DNA of 64,000 nt from an uncultured Actinomycetes bacterium (GCA_963697875.1 OY969099.1:2458736-2522735); one strand, 5' to 3'. Positions 10,226 through 20,381 are shown, counted from the first letter of the stretch. Notes: generated from the sequence alone by a model not told the origin. Numbers and translations are program-made.

Positions 10226-10375
10226 CCTATACTCTTGGGCAAGCCTGTTTCCGGGGCGGGGTGGAAGTCCCCACCGGCGGTGACAGTCCGCGACCCCGCG
10301 GCAACCAGTCGTGGGTGGACCCGGTGCGATTCCGGGACCGACCGTGAGAGTCGGGATGAGAGGAACGGGCGCCGG
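10226..10375 (+). promoter_or_regulatory. FMN riboswitch (RFN element) upstream of ribD
   Basis: conserved RFN core ...ggggcggggtggaagtccccaccggcggtgacagtccgcgacc...ggaccgaccgtgagagtcgggatgagaggaa directly 5' of the rib operon. Confidence 0.85.
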
Positions 10376-10436
10376 CGTGGCCGCGCATGTGGCGGCGCGC
10401 GTCGTGTCGTTCCCGCCCCGGGGTGAAGGGGTGTGG

Positions 10437-11549
10437 ATGCAGCGGCACGAGACCTACATGCGGCGGGCGCTCGAGCTCGCCACACGCGGCTGGGGCCGTG
10501 TGTCTCCCAACCCGATGGTGGGCGCCGTCGTGGTCTCTCCCGACGGCGAGATCCTGGGGGAAGGCTGGTACGAGGGCCCTCGTGGCAACCCGCACGCGGA
10601 GGTTGTCGCCCTCGAGCAGGCAGGGGAGCGCGCACGTGGATCGACGCTCTACTGCACCCTCGAGCCGTGCGATCACCACGGATCGACACCTCCGTGCACC
10701 GAGGCGCTGATCGCGGCGGGCGTGGCGCGCGCCGTGATCGCGGCGGGCGACCCGAACCCCGTCGTCGACGGCCGCGGACTCGCGAAGCTCCGGGGCGCGG
10801 GCGTCGCCGTCGACGAGGGCATGCTCGCCGCGGAGGCACACAGCCTCAACGAGGCCTTCGAACGTCACGTCACCACGGGACGTCCGTTCGTGGTGCTGAA
10901 GTCGGCGTCGTCCCTCGACGGCAAGACGGCGGCAGCCGACGGAACCTCGCGGTGGATCACGTCGGAGGCCGCGCGCGCCGACGCGCAGCGCCTCAGGGCG
11001 TGGGCGGACGCGGTCGTCGTCGGCGCGCGGACCGCCCAGCTCGACGATCCGGCGCTCACCCTGCGCGACGCGACGTGGTCGGCCGCGCGCCCGCCGACGC
11101 GCGTCCTGGTCGATTCGACGGGCGGCACGCCCTCCACCGCGCGGATGTTCGACGAGACGGCGCCGACCCTGGTCGCAACCACGAGCGACGCACCCGACCA
11201 GGTAGTTCGCGCTTGGCAGGAGACCGGCGCCGAGGTCGTGGTCCTGGATCGGGACGCCACCGCCGGCGTCTCGATCGACGCGTTGCTGGAAGCCCTCGGG
11301 AAGCGGGACGTGCAGGGTGTACTGGTCGAGGGCGGGTCGACGCTGGCGTGGAGCTTCCTCCGCGACCGGCTCGTCGACCGCATCGTGGCCTACGTCGCCC
11401 CCAAGGTGATCGGGGGTGCGGGCGCCCCCGGTGTGGTGGCAGGGGCGGGCTTCGCCCCGATCGAGGCCGCGTTGCAGGTGGAGTTCGACCGCATCGACCG
11501 GATCGGTCCCGACCTGAGGGTGGAGGCCCATGTTCACCGGGATCGTTGA
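10437..11549 (+). CDS. ribD: bifunctional diaminohydroxyphosphoribosylaminopyrimidine deaminase / 5-amino-6-(5-phosphoribosylamino)uracil reductase
   Basis: CMP/dCMP deaminase zinc motif (HAEVVAL...TLEPCDHHGSTPPC) plus reductase domain. Confidence 0.9.
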   Translation: MQRHETYMRRALELATRGWGRVSPNPMVGAVVVSPDGEILGEGWYEGPRGNPHAEVVALEQAGERARGSTLYCTLEPCDHHGSTPPCTEALIAAGVARAVIAAGDPNPVVDGRGLAKLRGAGVAVDEGMLAAEAHSLNEAFERHVTTGRPFVVLKSASSLDGKTAAADGTSRWITSEAARADAQRLRAWADAVVVGARTAQLDDPALTLRDATWSAARPPTRVLVDSTGGTPSTARMFDETAPTLVATTSDAPDQVVRAWQETGAEVVVLDRDATAGVSIDALLEALGKRDVQGVLVEGGSTLAWSFLRDRLVDRIVAYVAPKVIGGAGAPGVVAGAGFAPIEAALQVEFDRIDRIGPDLRVEAHVHRDR

Positions 11550-12117
11550 GGAGCGCGGCGAGGTGCGCTCGATCGAGGGTCACCGGCTCACCGTGGGGTG
11601 CAACCTCGTGCCGGCCGACAGCCCGCTCGGAGCTTCTGTCGCCGTCAACGGGGTATGCCTCACGGTCGTGGAGCACACCGACGCGTCGCTCGGCTTCGAT
11701 CTGTCGCAGGAGACGCTCGCGCGCACCAGCCTGCGGCGGCTCGCGGTCGGACATCCCGTCAACCTGGAGCGACCGGTCTCTCTGGCCGCCCGCCTCGGCG
11801 GCCACATCGTCCAGGGCCACGTCGACGGGGTCGGGGTCGTCGTGACGTTCGACCGAGACGAGGGCGGTGGAGCCACGCTGCGAGTGGGCGTGCCCGAGGA
11901 GCTGCTCCGATACGTCGTGGAGAAGGGGTCGCTGTCGGTCGACGGCGTGAGCCTGACCGTGGCCGCGATGCACGACGACGGGGTGTCGATCGCGTTGATC
12001 CCGCACACCCTGGATGTCACGACGCTGGGCACGGCGAGGGCCGGCGACCCGGTGAACCTGGAAGTCGACGTCATCGCCAAGTACGTGGAGCGCCTGATGG
12101 AAAGGTCCGATGCATGA
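11530..12117 (+). CDS. ribE: riboflavin synthase alpha subunit
   Basis: MFTGIVEE...; two lumazine-binding repeats. Confidence 0.9.
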   Translation: MFTGIVEERGEVRSIEGHRLTVGCNLVPADSPLGASVAVNGVCLTVVEHTDASLGFDLSQETLARTSLRRLAVGHPVNLERPVSLAARLGGHIVQGHVDGVGVVVTFDRDEGGGATLRVGVPEELLRYVVEKGSLSVDGVSLTVAAMHDDGVSIALIPHTLDVTTLGTARAGDPVNLEVDVIAKYVERLMERSDA

Positions 12118-13349
12118 GCGAGCAGCAGCACGACGCGTTCGCCTCGATCCCCGAGGCGGTGGCGGAGATCCGCGCCGGCCGGATGGTGATCGTGGTCGAC
12201 GACGCCGACCGGGAGAACGAGGGCGATCTGATCATGGCCGCCGAGAAGGTGACCAAGGAGGCGATCGCCTTCATGGTCCGGTACACGAGCGGCGTGATCT
12301 GCATGCCGGTGGTTGGCGACCGTCTCGATGAGCTGCAGATCCCGCTGATGGTGTCGGCCAACACGGACCATCAGCGGACCGCGTTCACCGTGTCCGTCGA
12401 CGCCAGGAAGGACGTCACCACCGGCATCTCGGCGGCCGACCGCGCCACCACGATCCGCACGATGATCGACCCCGCGACCAGGCCCGAGGACTTCTCGCGA
12501 CCGGGGCACATCTTCCCGCTGCGGTATCGGGAGGGTGGCGTGCTTCGTCGCGCCGGCCACACCGAGGCGGCGGTCGACCTGGCACGGCTGGCCGGTCTGT
12601 ATCCGGCGGGGGTCCTGTGCGAGACGGTCAACGACGACGGCACGATGGCGCGGCTGCCCGATCTGGCGCGGTTCGCGGCCGAGCACGACCTGAAGCTGAT
12701 CTCGATCGCCGACCTGATCGCGCACCGGCGCGCGCACGAGGTGCTGGTGGAACGGGTCGCGGAAGCCGCGATCCCCACAGAGTGGGGCGTCTTCCGCGCC
12801 TACGCCTACGAGAGCCTCGTGGACGGCCGCACGCACGTCGCGCTGACCCTCGGAGACGTCGGCGACGGTGAGAAGGTGCTGACCCGCGTCCACTCGGAGT
12901 GCTTGACCGGCGACGTGTTCGGCTCGCTCCGGTGCGACTGCGGCCGCCAGCTCGAAGCGGCGATGCGGCTGATCGGCGAGGAGGGCCGGGGGGTCGTCCT
13001 CTACGTCCGCGGTCACGAGGGCCGTGCGATCGGCCTGACCCACAAGCTGCGCGCCTACGAGCTGCAGGACCTCGGTCGCGACACCGTGGAGGCCAACCTG
13101 GAGCTGGGGTTCGCCGCGGACCAGCGCGACTACGGCATCGGAGCGCAGATCCTCGTCGACCTCGGCGTGCGCACGATGCGCCTGCTGACGAACAACCCCG
13201 ACAAGCGGGCGGGCCTGGAAGGGTATGGTCTGTCGATCGAGGAACGGATCCCGCTCGAGACGACGCCGACGCCGGAGAACATCGGCTACCTCCGGACGAA
13301 GCGCGAGAAGATGGGGCACCTGCTCGACGTACCGGAGGCCGAGGCGTGA
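12114..13349 (+). CDS. ribBA: bifunctional 3,4-dihydroxy-2-butanone-4-phosphate synthase / GTP cyclohydrolase II
   Basis: DHBP synthase N-half ([13 protein letters not shown]) plus GTP cyclohydrolase II C-half ([15 protein letters not shown]); ATGA overlap with ribE. Confidence 0.92.
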   Translation: MSEQQHDAFASIPEAVAEIRAGRMVIVVDDADRENEGDLIMAAEKVTKEAIAFMVRYTSGVICMPVVGDRLDELQIPLMVSANTDHQRTAFTVSVDARKDVTTGISAADRATTIRTMIDPATRPEDFSRPGHIFPLRYREGGVLRRAGHTEAAVDLARLAGLYPAGVLCETVNDDGTMARLPDLARFAAEHDLKLISIADLIAHRRAHEVLVERVAEAAIPTEWGVFRAYAYESLVDGRTHVALTLGDVGDGEKVLTRVHSECLTGDVFGSLRCDCGRQLEAAMRLIGEEGRGVVLYVRGHEGRAIGLTHKLRAYELQDLGRDTVEANLELGFAADQRDYGIGAQILVDLGVRTMRLLTNNPDKRAGLEGYGLSIEERIPLETTPTPENIGYLRTKREKMGHLLDVPEAEA

Positions 13350-13825
13350 ACGAGGTCCGCGGCGACCTCGCCGGCGCGGGGAGGCGCATGGCGATCGTGG
13401 CCGCTCGTTTCAACGAGGTCGTGACGGCCAAGCTCGTGGAAGGGGCGCTCGCCGGTCTGGCCAGGCACGGCGTCCGCGACGACGACGTGGCGCTGGCTTG
13501 GGTTCCGGGAGCCTTCGAGATCCCGCTCGTCGCGCGTCGGTTCGCCGAGACCGGAACGGTCGACGCGGTGATCTGCCTGGGCGCGGTGATCCGCGGCGAG
13601 ACCCACCACTTCGACCTCGTGGCCAACGAGGCCGCACGCGGCGTCGCCGAGGTGAGCGCGCAGACCGGCGTTCCGTGCATCTTCGAGGTCCTCGCCACCG
13701 ACGACCTCCAGCAGGCGCTGTCACGGGCGGGCGGGTCGCACGGCAACAAGGGGTGGACGGCGGCGGAGGCGGCGCTCGACATGGCGGCCGTGCTGACCCG
13801 GCTCCCGCGCGAGGAGGCTCGATGA
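13346..13825 (+). CDS. ribH: 6,7-dimethyl-8-ribityllumazine synthase
   Basis: [14 protein letters not shown]...; GTGA overlap with ribBA; alternative ATG at about 13388. Confidence 0.88.
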   Translation: MNEVRGDLAGAGRRMAIVAARFNEVVTAKLVEGALAGLARHGVRDDDVALAWVPGAFEIPLVARRFAETGTVDAVICLGAVIRGETHHFDLVANEAARGVAEVSAQTGVPCIFEVLATDDLQQALSRAGGSHGNKGWTAAEAALDMAAVLTRLPREEAR

Positions 13826-14172
13826 TCATCGACAAGCCGTGGGGTCACGTCGCCACCTACGCGCTCAACCAGCCGTCGTCGGTCCGGATCATCACGGTCC
13901 GGGCGGGGGAGCAGACGAGCGTGCACTTCCACCGGATGCGCGACGAGGTCTGGGTCGTGCTCGATGCGGGTCTGACGATCGAGATCGGCAACCGCGTCGT
14001 CGAGACCGCGCCCGGCGAGGAGTTCACGATCCCGGCGGAGGAGACCCACCGGATCCGCTGCACGGGGGGAACCCCGGGGCGGATCCTCGAGATCGCGTAC
14101 GGCTATACCAGCGAGGACGATACGCAGCGTCTCGACGACCCCCACGGTCGCCCGCTGGAGTCGGACTGGTGA
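13822..14172 (+). CDS. cupin-domain protein (cupin_2-like), translationally coupled to ribH
   Basis: 116 aa; cupin signature (SVHFHRMRDEVWVVLDAGLTIEIGN...EFTIPAEETHRI); ATGA overlap with ribH. Confidence 0.6.
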   Translation: MIIDKPWGHVATYALNQPSSVRIITVRAGEQTSVHFHRMRDEVWVVLDAGLTIEIGNRVVETAPGEEFTIPAEETHRIRCTGGTPGRILEIAYGYTSEDDTQRLDDPHGRPLESDW

Positions 14173-14307
14173 GCGTCGTGTCGACGGGCGTCGCCGGGGC
14201 CCCCTATACTTGCCACGCGCCAAGGCGCTCGTTCGCTTGTCCTGCACCGGCGAGGCCGGTGCTCGTTCGTCAATAGGAGGTGGTGCGGGGTCTCCACGGA
14301 TCCGCGG

Positions 14308-14910
14308 ATCAACGACCGGATCAGGTCGCCACAGGTACGGCTCGTGGGTGCCGACGGCCAGCAGATCGGGGTGGTGGACACCCGCGAGGCGCTGCGCCAG
14401 GCGCGTGAGCTCGATCTGGACCTCGTCGAAGTTGCGCCGCAAGCCGACCCGCCGGTGTGCCGGATCATGGATTACGGCAAGTTCAAGTACGAGCGGGACA
14501 TCCGGCAGAAGGAAGCGCGGAAGAAGCAGTCACGGACCGAGCTGAAGGAGATCAAGTTCCGCCCGAAGATCGATCCGCACGACTACGGCACGAAGAAGGG
14601 CCACGTCGAGCGGTTCATCCGAGGCGGGCACAAGGTCAAGGTCACGATCATGTTCCGTGGGCGAGAGATGGCGCACACGGACCTCGGTCGGAAGATCTTG
14701 GACCGGCTCGTCGAGGATCTCGGGCAGACGGTGGTGGTCGAGTCCCTTCCGAAGCAGGAGGGACGCAACATGATCATGGTCATCTCCCCGAACCGGCGGT
14801 TCCTGGAGGAGATCGCGAAGCAGCGACAGCGCGCGGACTCGTCCCGCGCCTCTGCGGCGCTCGACGAGGTCGAGGCGGTCGACCCCGTTCCCGCATCCGA
14901 CGAAGGGTGA
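14308..14910 (+). CDS. infC: translation initiation factor IF-3; non-canonical start codon likely
   Basis: homology to the IF-3 N-terminus extends upstream of the track ATG (RINDRIRSPQVRLVGADGQQIGVV matches E. coli [24 protein letters not shown]); no in-frame ATG, GTG or TTG there; in-frame ATC codons at 14308 and 14320. Confidence 0.85.
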   Translation: MNDRIRSPQVRLVGADGQQIGVVDTREALRQARELDLDLVEVAPQADPPVCRIMDYGKFKYERDIRQKEARKKQSRTELKEIKFRPKIDPHDYGTKKGHVERFIRGGHKVKVTIMFRGREMAHTDLGRKILDRLVEDLGQTVVVESLPKQEGRNMIMVISPNRRFLEEIAKQRQRADSSRASAALDEVEAVDPVPASDEG

Positions 14911-14917
14911 AGGCACG

Positions 14918-15115
14918 ATGCCGAAGATGAAGACCCACCGCGCGGCCGCCAAGCGGTTCCGTGTCACGCGGAACGGGAAGGTGCTCCACCGCAAGGCCAC
15001 GGGCAACCACTTCCTCATGAAGAAGTCCGGCAGCCGTCGCCGGCGGATCGAAGGCATGGCCGAGGTCGGCGCCGTCGGCGAGCAGAAGAAGATCAAGCGA
15101 CTCCTGTCGAGGTGA
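14918..15115 (+). CDS. rpmI: 50S ribosomal protein L35
   Basis: MPKMKTHRAAAKRFRVT... Confidence 0.95.
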   Translation: MPKMKTHRAAAKRFRVTRNGKVLHRKATGNHFLMKKSGSRRRRIEGMAEVGAVGEQKKIKRLLSR

Positions 15116-15118
15116 CCG

Positions 15119-15481
15119 ATGGCCCGAGTGAAGCGATCCGTCCACGCGAAGAAGAAGCGCCGCGAGATCCTCGCGGCAGCCAAGGGGTATACGGGCACCC
15201 GGCGCACGCGCTACCGGGCGGCGAAGGAGCAGCTCATGCACTCCGGCGCCTATGCCTACCGCGACCGGCGCGACCGCAAAGCCCAGTTCCGCAGGCTGTG
15301 GATCGCACGGATCAACGCCGCGGTCCGCCCCCAGGGCATGTCGTACTCGCGGTTCATCAACGGGCTGAAGACCGCCGGCGTAGACGTCGACCGCAAGATT
15401 CTGGCCGATCTGGCGGTGCACGACCCCGCGGCGTTCGCCGCCCTCGTCGAGACTGCGAAGGGCGTCTCGGCCACGGCCTGA
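15119..15481 (+). CDS. rplT: 50S ribosomal protein L20
   Basis: [18 protein letters not shown]... Confidence 0.95.
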   Translation: MARVKRSVHAKKKRREILAAAKGYTGTRRTRYRAAKEQLMHSGAYAYRDRRDRKAQFRRLWIARINAAVRPQGMSYSRFINGLKTAGVDVDRKILADLAVHDPAAFAALVETAKGVSATA

Positions 15482-15485
15482 ACGC

Positions 15486-16910
15486 GTGCTGACCAGCTTG
15501 AAGAACCCGAAGGTGGCGGTCGCCACCCGCCTGCGCAAGCGCGCGTTCCGCGACGAAGACCGGCGCTTCCTGGTCGAGGGCGTGCAGGGCGTCGAGGAGG
15601 CCCTCGAGGACGCCGCACGACTCGAGCTCCTGTTCGTCACCGGCGCGCACGAGGCGCTCGCCGCACGCGCCGCGGAGGCCGGGGTCGAGACCTACCGCGT
15701 CAGCGAGGAGGTGATGGCCAAGCTGACCTCCACGGTGACGCCACAGGGCGTCGTGGGGGTGGCTCCGTTCGTCGACGTCGCGCTCGAGCAGCTCCCTTCG
15801 GAGGGTTGCGTCACCTTGCTGCACGAGGTTCGCGACCCGGGGAACGCCGGCACGGTCCTGCGCACCGCCGACGCAGCCGGTGGCTCGGCCGTGGTCTTCT
15901 CGCACACCTCGGTCGACCTGTACAACCCGAAGACCGTTCGGGCGTCGGCCGGCTCGGTCTTCCATCTCCCGGTCGTCCGCGCAGCGGAAACGCCCGAGGC
16001 GATCGCCCACCTTCGATCGAGCGGGTTCCGCGTGCTGGCGATGGACGCGCGCGGGTCGGAGAACCTGTATGCGGCCGACCTGTCGGCGCCGCTTGCGCTC
16101 GTCTTCGGCAACGAGGCGCACGGATTGCCGCAAGAGATCGTGGCGCTGGCGGATGCCTCGGTGCGGGTCCCTCATGCCGGGCGGGCCGAGTCGCTCAACC
16201 TCGCCGCCGCCGCGAGCGTCTGTCTCTTCGAGTGGGCCAGGCGCCGGATCGGTCGTGGCCACGCGCTCGAGACGATGATCGCCGCCGCCGCCCACGACAT
16301 CCGATCCCCGCTGACGGCGATGAAGGGGTTCGGGTACGCGCTGGAGAAGCGGTGGGACCAGATGAGCGACGATCAGCGCGCCCTGATGCTGAAAGGCATC
16401 GTCCACGACGCGGACCGGATGGACTCGATCGTTCACCAGCTGGTCGACGCTGCGCGGGTGACCGCGGGCTCGCTCGAGCTGTTCCCGGAGCAAGCCGATC
16501 TGGCCGACCTCGTGCTCGGCATCGCCGAGGCGCAGGCCCGCGACCCCGACCACCCCCCGATCGAGTGGGAGGGCGACCCGGGCCCGTTCTTCGTCGACCC
16601 CACGCGGCTGAAGACCGCGCTCCTGGCCTTCGCCGAGGCGTTGGTCTGGTGGTGTGACGCCGGCTCGATCCGCGTTCACGCTCAGCGACGCGACGCGACC
16701 CTCCGTGTCTCGGCGTCACGATCGGGGACCGAGCTGTCGGGCGACGATGCGGAGGCGTTGTTCTTGCCCCGCCGACCGGGAACGGGGGCAGGGAGCAAGA
16801 TCGGTCTGTACGTGGCGCGCGCCGTCGCGGAGACGCAGGGCGGCCGGGCCTGGTCCGAGGTGCGACGGGGGGAACTCACGTTCCTTCTCGAGCTGCCACT
16901 GCCCGCCTGA
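15486..16910 (+). CDS. TrmH/SpoU-family RNA 2'-O-methyltransferase (TsnR-like) fused to a C-terminal histidine-kinase core (HisKA + HATPase_c)
   Basis: N-terminal 255 aa is a SpoU methylase fold (SLNLAAAASVCLFEW near its end) at the position of tsnR after rplT; the C-terminal 215 aa carries an H-box (AAAHDIRSPLTAMKGF), an N-box-like segment and G-boxes (RRPGTGAGSKIGLYVARAVAETQGG); single uninterrupted 474-aa ORF. Confidence 0.75.
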   Translation: MLTSLKNPKVAVATRLRKRAFRDEDRRFLVEGVQGVEEALEDAARLELLFVTGAHEALAARAAEAGVETYRVSEEVMAKLTSTVTPQGVVGVAPFVDVALEQLPSEGCVTLLHEVRDPGNAGTVLRTADAAGGSAVVFSHTSVDLYNPKTVRASAGSVFHLPVVRAAETPEAIAHLRSSGFRVLAMDARGSENLYAADLSAPLALVFGNEAHGLPQEIVALADASVRVPHAGRAESLNLAAAASVCLFEWARRRIGRGHALETMIAAAAHDIRSPLTAMKGFGYALEKRWDQMSDDQRALMLKGIVHDADRMDSIVHQLVDAARVTAGSLELFPEQADLADLVLGIAEAQARDPDHPPIEWEGDPGPFFVDPTRLKTALLAFAEALVWWCDAGSIRVHAQRRDATLRVSASRSGTELSGDDAEALFLPRRPGTGAGSKIGLYVARAVAETQGGRAWSEVRRGELTFLLELPLPA

Positions 16911-16953
16911 CCTGCACGGTCGCGTTCAGGCCGCTTGTTAGACTCGCTCACCC

Positions 16954-18006
16954 ATGGACGCCGTCTCGATGCTGGCCACGCTTGACGTCGAGCTCGAGCG
17001 CGCTCGTGGACTCCTCGCGCGGGCCGATTCCCTCGAGGCCGTCGATGCGGTCGAGGTCGCCGTGCTCGGGCGCAAGGCCCCGTTCAGCGAGGTCCAGCGG
17101 TCGCTCAAGGGGCTCTCCGAGGACGACCGTAGATCCGTCGGCAAGCGTGTCAACGAGGTACGTGAAGCGATCCGCGCGGCCATCCAGAGCCGGCGCGACG
17201 CGCTCGCCGAGGGAGTGGAGGCAGCGCTCCTGGAGGCCGACCGGATCGATCTGACCCTGCCCGGGCGCCGTCCCCGCCGAGGCTCGTTGCACCCGATGAC
17301 CCTGGTGGAGGACGAGATCGTGAACGTGTTCCTCCGTCTCGGATATCGCGTGGTGGAGGGCCCCGAGGTCGAGGACGACTGGCACAACTTCCAGGCGCTG
17401 AACATCCCCGAGGACCACCCCGCACGCACGATGCGAGACACGCTGTACGTCGCGATCCCGGGACATCCCGAGCTCCTGCTGCGAACCGAGACCTCGGCCG
17501 CGCAGATCCGCACGATGCAGTCGCAGCCTCCGCCCGTCTACATCATCAGCCCCGGACGCGTCTACCGCCGAGAGACCGCCGACGCCACGCACCTGCCCGT
17601 CTTCGCCCAGGTCGAGTGTCTCGCGGTGGACGAGGGGCTCACCTTCGCCGACCTCAAGGGAACGCTCGAGGCCATGGCGAAGGAGTTGTTCGGCGAGAGC
17701 CGGCGGATCCGCTTCACCCCCTCGTACTTCCCCTTCGTCGAGCCCGGTGCACAGATCGGCGTGTCGTGCTTCAAGTGCGACGGCGTGGGCTGCCGGGTGT
17801 GCGGCAATGGGTGGATCGAGCTGCTGGGAGCGGGGATGGTGCACCCGACGGTGCTCGAGAACTGTGGGTACGACGCCGAGCGGTACACGGGCTTCGCCTT
17901 CGGGCTCGGGATCGAGCGCGTCGCGATCCTCAAGTACGCGATCCCCGACATGCGCATGCTGATCGACGGGGACGTGCGCTTCCTCGAGCAGTTCGGAGCC
18001 GCCTGA
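16954..18006 (+). CDS. pheS: phenylalanine--tRNA ligase alpha subunit
   Basis: class II aaRS motifs, 350 aa. Confidence 0.93.
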   Translation: MDAVSMLATLDVELERARGLLARADSLEAVDAVEVAVLGRKAPFSEVQRSLKGLSEDDRRSVGKRVNEVREAIRAAIQSRRDALAEGVEAALLEADRIDLTLPGRRPRRGSLHPMTLVEDEIVNVFLRLGYRVVEGPEVEDDWHNFQALNIPEDHPARTMRDTLYVAIPGHPELLLRTETSAAQIRTMQSQPPPVYIISPGRVYRRETADATHLPVFAQVECLAVDEGLTFADLKGTLEAMAKELFGESRRIRFTPSYFPFVEPGAQIGVSCFKCDGVGCRVCGNGWIELLGAGMVHPTVLENCGYDAERYTGFAFGLGIERVAILKYAIPDMRMLIDGDVRFLEQFGAA

Positions 18007-20381
18007 TGCGCGTTCCGCTCTCGTGGCTTCGCGAGCTCGCCCCCACCGATCTGTCCGCCGAGGACCTGGTCGAGCTGATGACCCCCCGGGGGGTCCTCGT
18101 CGAGGACGTCCTTCGGCCGTGGGAGGGTCTGGACGGCGTCGTCGTGGCCCGGGTGCTGGAGGTCCGTGAACACCCCAACTCGGAGAAGCTGTGCATCGCC
18201 AGGATCCAGCACGGCGCGGGGGAGACAGAGCTGGTCGTGGGCGTGCGCAACATGGTCGCCGGCGACCTGGTGCCGTGGGCGCCGCCGGGCGGGCGGGTGC
18301 CCGTGCTGCCTGACCCGCTGGGCGCACGGGAGATCCGCGGCGTCGTCTCCAACGGCATGCTGTGCTCTCCGCGCGAGCTCGCGATCTCCCAGGATCACGA
18401 GGGGATCCTGGTGCTGAACGACGAAGGGTGGGACGTCGGCACCGACCTCAAGGGCGCGCTCGGTCTGGACGACGCCGTGCTCGACGTCGAGATCGAGCCG
18501 AACCGACCCGACTTCCTCTCGGTGGTCGGGGTGGCGCGCGAGGTGGCGGCGGCGACGGGGGTGGCGCTCGCACACCCGGACCTCTCCTTGGAGGAGTCGG
18601 CTGAGCGCGCCGCGGACGTCGCCGGCGTGCGGGTGGAGGCGCCGGCGGCGTGTCCGCGCTACGTGGCACGGGTGATCCGCCACGTGTCCGCGGGCCGCAC
18701 GCCCCTGCGGGCACAGGCCCGGCTCACCGCGTGCGGCATGCGGCCGATCTCCGCGGTAGTGGACGCCACGAACTACGCGATGCTCGAGGTCGGTCAGCCG
18801 CTGCATGCCTTCGACATGGACCGTCTCGCCGGCCCGGGGATCGTGGTGCGGGAGGCCGCGGACGGCGAACGACTGAGGACCCTGGACGACGTGGAACGCG
18901 TCCTCACGCACGACGATCTCCTGATCTGCGACCTGGAGCGCCCGGTCGCGATCGCGGGCGTCATGGGCGGGCAGACCTCGGAGGTCTCCGGCAACACGAC
19001 GACCGTCCTGCTCGAGAGCGCGTACTTCACGCGTGGCGGCGTGCTGCTGACCGCCCGTCGCCTCGACCTGCACACCGAGGCCTCGCACCGCTTCGAGCGA
19101 GGCACCGACCCCGAGGGCACCGACCCCGCCGCAACCCGGGGCGCAAAGCTGATCGCCGCGTGGGCGGGCGGCGAGGTGCTGGCTGGGGTCGCCGGCGCGG
19201 GCGAACCGCCGCCGCGCAGGCATGTCGCCATGCGCGCGACGCGGGCCTCGGCGGTGCTCGGCTACCCGGTCTCGACCGACGAGGCCCTCGCCGTGTTCGG
19301 CACGCTCGGGATGCACGCGACGGTGGACGCCGACACGGTCGAGGTCGAGGTGCCTGGCTACCGGGTCGACGTCGAGCGCGAGGTGGACCTGATCGAGGAG
19401 GTCGTCCGGATCCAGGGGTACGACCACGTGGGGTCCCGCCTGCCGCGCGCCGCGCGGGCCGGCGGACTTCCCGCGCCGTATTCGTTCGCCCGACGGGCCA
19501 AGGACTCCCTGGTGCGGGCCGGGCTCCGCGAGGTCCGGCCGGCGCCGTTCGCCTCGCAGGAGGACCTTGCGCTTTCGGGCGACACGGACGCGATCGCGAT
19601 CGCAAACCCGCTGACCGTCGAGGAGGGATATCTCCGCACGCGCCTGACGCCCGGATTGTTGCGCGCGGTCGCGCGTAATCAGTCGCTCGGGGTGCGGTCG
19701 GTGGCGTTGTTCGAGGTGGGGACCGTGTTCCGTCTGGGGGACCCGGTGGAAGAGCGGCGGAAGATCGCCTTCGTGCTCGCCGGGGCGGCCGGGGAGGGAT
19801 GGGCCGCCGAGAAGCGCCCGTTCGACGTGCTCGATGCGCGCGGCGCCCTCGAGGCGTTGATGGACGACCTGGGCGTCGCCTCCTGGTCGTTGGGGGAGCC
19901 GCTCGGCGGCGCCTTCCACCCCGGGCGGTCGGCGTTCGTCCAGGTGGACGGCGAGCGCGCGGGGATCCTCGCCGAGCTGCACCCCCGCACCGCCGAGGCG
20001 TTCGACATCGAGGGTCGTGTCGCGCTCTGCGAGCTGGAGTTCGAGGCGGTGCGCGCGGCGGGCGCCAAGGAGTTCGTCCTGCGCGACGTGCCCCGATTCC
20101 CACCGGTCCGGCGCGACCTGGCGTTCATCGTCGCCGACGACGTCCCCGCAGGAGCCGTCCAGGCGGCGCTCGAAGAGGCGGCGGGAGACCTGCTGGGTGG
20201 GGTCGTCCTGTTCGACGTCTTCCGCGGAGGGTCGCTGCCCGAGGACAGGAAGAGCCTGGCCTTCGCTATCGACTTCCGCGCCGCCGATCGCACCCTGACG
20301 ATCGAGGAGGTGCAGCCGGCCGTGGACAGGATCGTAGCGCGGGTGCGGTCCGACTTCGGGGGAGAGCTGCGCTCCGGCTGA
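18006..20381 (+). CDS. pheT: phenylalanine--tRNA ligase beta subunit
   Basis: MRVPLSWLRELAP...; 791 aa; ATGA overlap with pheS. Confidence 0.93.
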   Translation: MRVPLSWLRELAPTDLSAEDLVELMTPRGVLVEDVLRPWEGLDGVVVARVLEVREHPNSEKLCIARIQHGAGETELVVGVRNMVAGDLVPWAPPGGRVPVLPDPLGAREIRGVVSNGMLCSPRELAISQDHEGILVLNDEGWDVGTDLKGALGLDDAVLDVEIEPNRPDFLSVVGVAREVAAATGVALAHPDLSLEESAERAADVAGVRVEAPAACPRYVARVIRHVSAGRTPLRAQARLTACGMRPISAVVDATNYAMLEVGQPLHAFDMDRLAGPGIVVREAADGERLRTLDDVERVLTHDDLLICDLERPVAIAGVMGGQTSEVSGNTTTVLLESAYFTRGGVLLTARRLDLHTEASHRFERGTDPEGTDPAATRGAKLIAAWAGGEVLAGVAGAGEPPPRRHVAMRATRASAVLGYPVSTDEALAVFGTLGMHATVDADTVEVEVPGYRVDVEREVDLIEEVVRIQGYDHVGSRLPRAARAGGLPAPYSFARRAKDSLVRAGLREVRPAPFASQEDLALSGDTDAIAIANPLTVEEGYLRTRLTPGLLRAVARNQSLGVRSVALFEVGTVFRLGDPVEERRKIAFVLAGAAGEGWAAEKRPFDVLDARGALEALMDDLGVASWSLGEPLGGAFHPGRSAFVQVDGERAGILAELHPRTAEAFDIEGRVALCELEFEAVRAAGAKEFVLRDVPRFPPVRRDLAFIVADDVPAGAVQAALEEAAGDLLGGVVLFDVFRGGSLPEDRKSLAFAIDFRAADRTLTIEEVQPAVDRIVARVRSDFGGELRSG

